A stretch of DNA of 64,000 nt from an uncultured Gemmatimonadota bacterium. GTDB lineage: Bacteria > Gemmatimonadota > Gemmatimonadetes > Palauibacterales > Palauibacteraceae. The stretch covers positions 44,420 through 108,419 of the forward strand of contig CAZSKS010000001.1 of assembly GCA_964607465.1 (NCBI GenBank), given 5' to 3'. The position numbers and the translations under genes were made by a program. Below are positions 58,906 to 64,000 of this stretch, in pieces. Below the pieces are notes generated by a model that had not been told where the DNA came from, did no database searches, and worked only from the letters and a program-made list of their open reading frames with translations. Each line of letters begins with the position of its first letter. The stretch's first letter is position 1.

Positions 58906-58917
58906 GGCTCTCCTCCT

Positions 58918-61900
58918 CTAGAAGCGGACGTCGAAACCGAGGACGTAGCTTCGCGGGATCGGGGTGTTGGCGAAGTCCAGCCCCCGCGACACCGTGCTGG
59001 CGCCGAAGGTGCTCACCTCCGGGTCGAGGCCGGAGTAGTCGGTCAGCGTGAACAGGTTGCGGGCCGCGAGCCGGACCGACGCCGACCGGGCCCCGAGGGT
59101 GCGCGCCACGGCGCTTCCCAGGTCATAGCGCACCGACAGCTCCCGGAGCTTCACGAAGGTGCCGTCCTCGATGTAGCGGCCGAAGTTCCCGATCAGCTCC
59201 CCGTTCAGGGAGTACTGGATCGGCTGCAGGCTCGGATCGTCCTTCATGGCGATGGCCCGCTCGATCTCCTCCTCCACGACCTCGGCGGTGCCGAAGAACT
59301 CCTGGATCCTCCGGGTCAGGTTGGCCACGTCGTTGCCGAACCGTCCGTCCAGGAGGAAGCTCACGTCGAGCCGGTTGTCCACCCGGAGCGTGCTCTGCAG
59401 CGACGCCGTGAAGTCCGGCTCCGGGTCGCCCAGGATCATGTTCTGGAGGGTGCCCGTCTCGTCCCGGGCCCGCACCGGGAGGCCCGTCGACTCGTCGATG
59501 ACGGGGTTCCCGTCCTCGTCGGTGGCGGTGAAGTTGCCGTAGAAGGCCCCGACGGGGTGGCCCTCCACCACGGCGTTGGAGAAGCTCCCGCCGAAGCCGA
59601 AGGTCAGCGTGTCCCCCGGGGTCCTCAGCGTCTGGACCTCGTTCTGGTTCCGGGCCAGCTGCAGGCGGGTGGTCCAGCGCAGGTCCTGCCGGTCGACGTT
59701 CACCGTCTCCAGCGTCATCTCGAAGCCCCGGTCCTTCAGCTCCCCGACGTTCTGGAACTGGCTCTGGAAGCCGGTGCTGGGGGGCAGGGGGACCGAGAGC
59801 ACGAGGTCGTCGGTGGTCCGGTCGTACCAGGTGAACTCCAGGCTGGCCCGGTCACCGAACAGCCCGGCCTCGAAGCCGGCCTCGATCTCCTTCTGCCGCT
59901 CCGGGCCGAGCTCCGGATTGCCCGCCAGGCTGCTGCCGACGAGACCCGGGCGGCCGGAGAAGGGGTTCGCGACGAAGTTGTTGAACTGGGCGAAGGGGCT
60001 GACGCCCCGGCCGCCGGCCTCGCCGTAGGCGGCCCGGAGCCGGAGCTGGCTCAGGAACCCGACGTCCCAGAAGGGCTCGTCGCTCACCACCCAGGAGATG
60101 CCGCCGCCGGGATAGACCGTCCACCGCTCGTCCTCACCGAAGGAGGAGTTCCCCTCGATGTTGGCCCGGGCGTTGACGTAGAGCCGATCGTTGAAGTTCA
60201 GCCTCTCCTGGAGCCAGAACTCCAGGGTGCGGACCTCGGTCCGGGACTGCGCGGCGATGGGCGTCGCCCCACCCACCAGCTCCTGGTCCGGCGGCAGGTC
60301 CTCGGCGGCCGCCACCGTGAGGTCCACCTCCTCGATCGTCCCCCTGAACCCGGCGTTGCTCTGGAGGGTCAGGGCGTCGGTCAGCGGCTGATCATAGGTG
60401 AGCGTGAGGTCGTTGTTGACCTGCTGCGAGGACCGGACGGAGTGCTCCACGAGACCCGTGAACGACGGGGCGAAGGAGCCCGGCGGCTGGAAGCCCCGCA
60501 CGGACTGCCGGCCGTCGTCGATCCCGACCACGTAGCGGAGGCTCAGACGGTCGAGGGGGCTCCAGGCCGCCTGGAGGCTCCCCAGGAAGCGCCGGCTCTC
60601 CTCGTTGGCGTCGAACTCACGGATGACCTGAAGCGGGTTCGGCCCCAGCACCGGGCTGAAGGGATAGCGGCCCAGCTCCTCGTCGAAGCGGAAGTCGTTG
60701 GAGGTGGGGTTGAAGATGATGTTGGTGAGGGCGCCGTCCACCTGCTCGCCCTCCTTGAGGAACTCGTTGTCCGCCTGCACGTAGCGGACGCTGCCCGTGA
60801 GACGGAGGTCGGTGCCGATGTCCCGGGAGAGGTTGAGCGAGCCGTTCTTCACCTGGCTCAAGTTCGACTCCACGATGCCGGGCTCGTGCCGGAAGCTGCC
60901 CGACAGGTGGAAGGCCGTCCCCTCCGCGTCGCCCCCCGACACGCTGAGCTGGGTGTTGCTGGCCATCGGCGACCGGAAGATCTCGTCCTGGAAGTCGAAG
61001 CGCTCCACGGGCTGGCCGATGCTGTCCGCCGGGCCGAAGATCACGTCGGCGAAGCCCGCGCGGGGCAGGTCCACCAGGTCGTAGCGGTCCGGCGTCTCGG
61101 AGACCGAGAACTGCTGGTTGACCCGGACGTCCAGACCCTGGCCGCCCTCCTTGGTGAAGATCTGGATCACGCCGCTGGCGGCCCGCGAGCCGTACAGGGC
61201 GGCGGCCGCGGCCCCCTTGAGCACCTCGATCCGCTCGATCTCGCCGGGCACGATGTCCGAGATCCGGGTGTTGACGTTGGCACCCTGCCGACCCTCGTTG
61301 CCGCTGACGCTCACCAGGGCGTCGGAGCTGTTGTCGACGATGACGCCGTCGATCACGTACAGGGGCTCGGCGTTGCCGAGGATCGTGCTGGTGCCCCGGA
61401 GGCGCACGGTCGTGCCGCTGCCGGCCTGACCGGTGATGGAGTTGATGACGGCCCCCGCCACCTTGCCCTGGAGCGCCACGTCCACCGACCGGGCGCCCAC
61501 CGACTCGTTGATCTCCTCCCCGCTGATCGTCTCGATGGTGTTGCCCACGGACCGCCGGGTCGTGGGGGCGCCGGTCCCGGTGACGACCAGCTCGTCCAGC
61601 GTCACGGCCGTCGCCTCCATCGGGACCTGGCCGAGGTCCACGGAGGTGCGGGTGCCCAGCTCCAGCTCACGTACCACGTCGCGTCGTCCGATGACGCGGA
61701 ACCGCAGCTCGTAGCTCCCCGGCGTGAGGTCGACGGACATCGTGAACTGGCCCGACTCGTCGGTCAGGACCCCCCGCTCCGTGCCGAGGAGGCTGACCGC
61801 CACCCCCGCCAGCGGCTGGAGGCTCTGGGCGTCCACGACCGTGCCCGTGATCTGGTAGGAGCGGGCCTCCTGGGCCTCGGCGGCCTGGGGCGAGGCGAGC

Positions 61901-61962
61901 CCCCCGAGCGCGAGGAGGAGAGCCAGGATCGCCGGGAGCGGGTGCAGTAGCCTTTGGCGCAT
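58918..61962 (-). CDS. SusC/RagA-type TonB-linked outer-membrane transporter (pair 2)
   Basis: Signal peptide, a CarboxypepD_reg-like domain (ITGTVVDAQSLQPLAGVAVSLLGTERGVLTDESGQFTM), a plug (VTLDELVVTGTGAPTTRRSVGNTIETISGEEI..., LYVIDGVIVDNS) and a C-terminal ...VLGFDVRF. Confidence 0.9.
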   Translation of the reverse strand: MRQRLLHPLPAILALLLALGGLASPQAAEAQEARSYQITGTVVDAQSLQPLAGVAVSLLGTERGVLTDESGQFTMSVDLTPGSYELRFRVIGRRDVVRELELGTRTSVDLGQVPMEATAVTLDELVVTGTGAPTTRRSVGNTIETISGEEINESVGARSVDVALQGKVAGAVINSITGQAGSGTTVRLRGTSTILGNAEPLYVIDGVIVDNSSDALVSVSGNEGRQGANVNTRISDIVPGEIERIEVLKGAAAAALYGSRAASGVIQIFTKEGGQGLDVRVNQQFSVSETPDRYDLVDLPRAGFADVIFGPADSIGQPVERFDFQDEIFRSPMASNTQLSVSGGDAEGTAFHLSGSFRHEPGIVESNLSQVKNGSLNLSRDIGTDLRLTGSVRYVQADNEFLKEGEQVDGALTNIIFNPTSNDFRFDEELGRYPFSPVLGPNPLQVIREFDANEESRRFLGSLQAAWSPLDRLSLRYVVGIDDGRQSVRGFQPPGSFAPSFTGLVEHSVRSSQQVNNDLTLTYDQPLTDALTLQSNAGFRGTIEEVDLTVAAAEDLPPDQELVGGATPIAAQSRTEVRTLEFWLQERLNFNDRLYVNARANIEGNSSFGEDERWTVYPGGGISWVVSDEPFWDVGFLSQLRLRAAYGEAGGRGVSPFAQFNNFVANPFSGRPGLVGSSLAGNPELGPERQKEIEAGFEAGLFGDRASLEFTWYDRTTDDLVLSVPLPPSTGFQSQFQNVGELKDRGFEMTLETVNVDRQDLRWTTRLQLARNQNEVQTLRTPGDTLTFGFGGSFSNAVVEGHPVGAFYGNFTATDEDGNPVIDESTGLPVRARDETGTLQNMILGDPEPDFTASLQSTLRVDNRLDVSFLLDGRFGNDVANLTRRIQEFFGTAEVVEEEIERAIAMKDDPSLQPIQYSLNGELIGNFGRYIEDGTFVKLRELSVRYDLGSAVARTLGARSASVRLAARNLFTLTDYSGLDPEVSTFGASTVSRGLDFANTPIPRSYVLGFDVRF

Positions 61963-62058
61963 GGAGTCGACTCCGTCCACAGTGAGAAGACCGGGAGGGG
62001 ATGCATCGCCTGCCGTCGCGAGCTCCACGCACGGCAGGTCACGTGGCGAACTTCCGAT

Positions 62059-62087
62059 AGCCTACCCGCGGCCCACCGACGTGTCAA
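62059..62087 (-). promoter_or_regulatory. candidate sigma70-type promoter for susC-like gene 2 (TTGACA-17-TAGGCT)
   Basis: The minus strand has TTGACA (62087-62082), a 17-nt spacer and TAGGCT (62064-62059). An 8-bp inverted repeat CCTGCCGT/ACGGCAGG (62009-62038) lies in the predicted leader. Confidence 0.5.
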
Positions 62088-62183
62088 CAAAATAGCACGG
62101 GCCCGGCGCTCCGGAAGGAGGCCCGCCGTGGGCCGGCTTCCGGGTCGGCGCAGGCCGAAACGTGCTACGACGTAATGGATCTC

Positions 62184-62207
62184 CGCCCCCCGTCGCACCG
62201 GGGGGCG
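62184..62207 (-). terminator. 9-bp GC hairpin after the BadF-type kinase gene
   Basis: CGCCCCCCG (62184-62192), a 6-nt loop, then CGGGGGGCG (62199-62207), about 40 nt after the stop. There is no U-tract. Confidence 0.4.
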
Positions 62208-62243
62208 CATCCGCGCCCGGGAGACGCTCGCCGCGTCCCCTCG

Positions 62244-63167
62244 TCATCCGGCGGCGGCCGCCTCGAGGGCCAGGCGCGCGGCCCCCCGGACGGGGTCGAC
62301 GGCCTCCTCCTCCACCCGTACGTCCAGCCGCCCCGCCGCCCGCGTGACCCGCGGCCGGAGGGGGCCGTCCGGATCAAGCAGGCCGCCGGTCAGGGCCAGC
62401 GGGGGCGGATCGTCCCACGGCTCCAGACTGCCGAGGACCGCCTCCACGGCCGCCACCAGCTCCTCCACGGCGTCGTCCACGATCTCGCGGGCCGGGCGGA
62501 CCCCGGCGCCGGCCAGCTCCACCACCGCGGGGGCCAGCGCCGCCACCTCCGCCCGGGACGCCTCCGCCACCCAGCCCACGAGGTCCTCCGCGCCGTCCAG
62601 GCCCAGCCGGCCCAGGAGCCGGGGCCCGAGCTCGCTGGCCGCTTCCCGACCGTCGGCCGCCCGGGTCACCCGCCGGAGCGCCGCCCGGGCCACGGCGTGG
62701 CCGCTCCCCTCGTCCCCCAGCAGCGGGCCCCATCCTCCCGCCCGGGCCACCCGGCCCCGAGCGTTCCGTCCCCAGGCCACCGACCCGGTGCCCGAGACCA
62801 GCAGCAGGCCCGGGCCGTCGCCGTGGGCGTCCGCCAGGGCCACCTCGCCGTCGGTGAGCACCCGCACGCGCCCGGCGAGGCCCGAGGCCGTGAGCTCCGC
62901 CTCCAGCCGCTCCCGCACCTCCGCCCGGCCCGCCCCGGCCACGCCGGCGCACAGGGCCTCCACCGGGAGCGCGATCGCCCCCTCCGCCTCCCCGCGGCGG
63001 AGGAGCTCCTCGAGCACCCGGACCGTCGCCTCCGGGTCGCGCGGGTCCACGGCGGCCGGCGGCCCGGACCACCGGGCCCCTTCCCTGCCCTCCCGGTCCA
63101 GCGCCAGGACCCGGGTCCGCGATCCCCCGGCGTCGACGCCCACGGCCGCGGCGGCCGGCCCGGTCAC
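62244..63167 (-). CDS. BadF/BadG/BcrA/BcrD-type ATPase (N-acetylglucosamine-kinase-like)
   Basis: AVGVDAGGSRTRVLALD..., LLLVSGTGSVAWGR..., AGGWGPLLGDEGSGHAVARAAL are family motifs. GTG 63167 overlaps the symporter stop (GTGA). Confidence 0.8.
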   Translation of the reverse strand: MTGPAAAAVGVDAGGSRTRVLALDREGREGARWSGPPAAVDPRDPEATVRVLEELLRRGEAEGAIALPVEALCAGVAGAGRAEVRERLEAELTASGLAGRVRVLTDGEVALADAHGDGPGLLLVSGTGSVAWGRNARGRVARAGGWGPLLGDEGSGHAVARAALRRVTRAADGREAASELGPRLLGRLGLDGAEDLVGWVAEASRAEVAALAPAVVELAGAGVRPAREIVDDAVEELVAAVEAVLGSLEPWDDPPPLALTGGLLDPDGPLRPRVTRAAGRLDVRVEEEAVDPVRGAARLALEAAAAG

Positions 63168-64000
63168 CGGGCGCCGTCCCGCCGTCCGCCCCTCTCCGCC
63201 CCGTCGGCGTCGGCGCCGCCCCTGCCGTGGTCCGCGGCGGCGTCCCCCACGTCGGCCGCGGCGCCCGCACCGGGTCCCGCCGCGTCCCCCGGGGCGAGGA
63301 GCACGAGGCCCACGGCCACCGTCACCGCCGTGCCGATCACGACGAACCAGGGCCAGGCCACGGCCGAGCGCGCCCACAGCCACAGCGCCGCGACGACGCC
63401 GATGCCGGCCGCCATGGCCGCCACGGCCCGACCCGGGCTCCCGCGGCGGTTCCAGACCGCCAGGGCGAAGGCGCCGAGCAGCCCCCCGTAGACCAGCGAC
63501 GACACGCCCAGGGCCACCTCCACCGCCGCCGAGTCCCGGCTGAACGGGATGAAGGCGACGGCGCCCCCCACGAGCGCCGCGCTCCACACGACGGTGGCCA
63601 TCCGCCCGAGGCGGAAGGTGCGGGGGTCCTCGTCGTCCATCCGCGCGGCGGGGACGAGGAAGTCGTAGACGGCCGCCGACGAGAGGGAATTGATGGAGGA
63701 GGAGAGGCTGGACATGGCGGCGGCGAAGACGCCGGCGATGAGCAGCCCGGCCAGGCCGGCCGGGATCTCCTCCACGATGAAGCGGGCGAACACCTCGTCC
63801 GGACGCGGGAAGGGCTGCCCCTCGTAGAACACCCAGAGGGCGGCGCCCAGGAGGAGGAACAGGAGGAACTGCGCCGCCACCGCCACCCCGCTCCCCACCA
63901 GCGCCTTGCGGGAGTCCGACAGGTCCCGGCAGGCCAGCAGCCGCTGCACGATGAGCTGGTCGGTGCCGTGGGAGGCCATGGAGAGGAAGCCGCCTCCCAC
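63164..64000 (-). CDS. sodium:solute symporter family transporter, C-terminal part (5' end beyond right edge)
   Basis: ...GGGFLSMASHGTDQLIVQRLLACRDLSDSRKAL... and several TM helices, as in the SSF family. The ORF is open at the window edge. Confidence 0.85.
   Translation of the reverse strand: MGGGFLSMASHGTDQLIVQRLLACRDLSDSRKALVGSGVAVAAQFLLFLLLGAALWVFYEGQPFPRPDEVFARFIVEEIPAGLAGLLIAGVFAAAMSSLSSSINSLSSAAVYDFLVPAARMDDEDPRTFRLGRMATVVWSAALVGGAVAFIPFSRDSAAVEVALGVSSLVYGGLLGAFALAVWNRRGSPGRAVAAMAAGIGVVAALWLWARSAVAWPWFVVIGTAVTVAVGLVLLAPGDAAGPGAGAAADVGDAAADHGRGGADADGAERGGRRDGAR

Overview
This is a GC-rich bacterial chromosomal window (about 70 percent or more by eye, not computed). It is gene-dense, with many GTGA/ATGA start-stop overlaps. 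I recognised no rRNA, tRNA, CRISPR array, transposase or integrase. The window falls into three blocks.

(A) 1-24.2 kb is a tetrahydromethanopterin (H4MPT)/methanofuran C1-oxidation island. It starts with a truncated RimK-like ligase and a pterin carbinolamine dehydratase. Next is a three-subunit membrane-bound formate dehydrogenase whose catalytic subunit carries an in-frame TGA (selenocysteine) followed by a SECIS-type hairpin. Then come fae, mtdB, an ASKHA/DUF1464-like gene, fhcB-A-D-C, mch, and CitG-like, PTPS-like, SDR, DHPS-like (MptH-type), DUF447-like and HisA/F-like genes. The block ends with an overlapping ATP-grasp / hydantoinase-fold / amino-acid-kinase-fold trio (MfnD/F/E-like).

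(B) 24.3-47.6 kb holds a porin, an ECF sigma/anti-sigma pair bracketed by two TonB-dependent receptors, and DoxX. It also holds a lanthanide-type xoxF operon: xoxF, a XoxJ-cytochrome c fusion, a pentapeptide-repeat protein, a LivK-like binding protein and a YVTN beta-propeller. After that come pabB, a BlaI/BlaR1-type pair, mfnB and a second ATP-grasp gene.

(C) 47.8-64 kb holds small conserved proteins, a TPR protein and a Met-rich lipoprotein. It also has two SusC/SusD pairs around a secreted M20 amidohydrolase, a BadF-type sugar kinase and a truncated Na+/solute symporter.

Three leads deserve most attention:
- The anti-sigma factor has a duplicated periplasmic module with vicinal cysteines and EF-hand-like loops. 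It sits between TonB receptors near xoxF, which makes it a candidate metal/lanthanide-sensing circuit.
- XoxJ is fused to a cytochrome c that ends in an acidic tail.
- The formate dehydrogenase uses selenocysteine.

All family calls come from reading the translations. Nothing was checked against a database.
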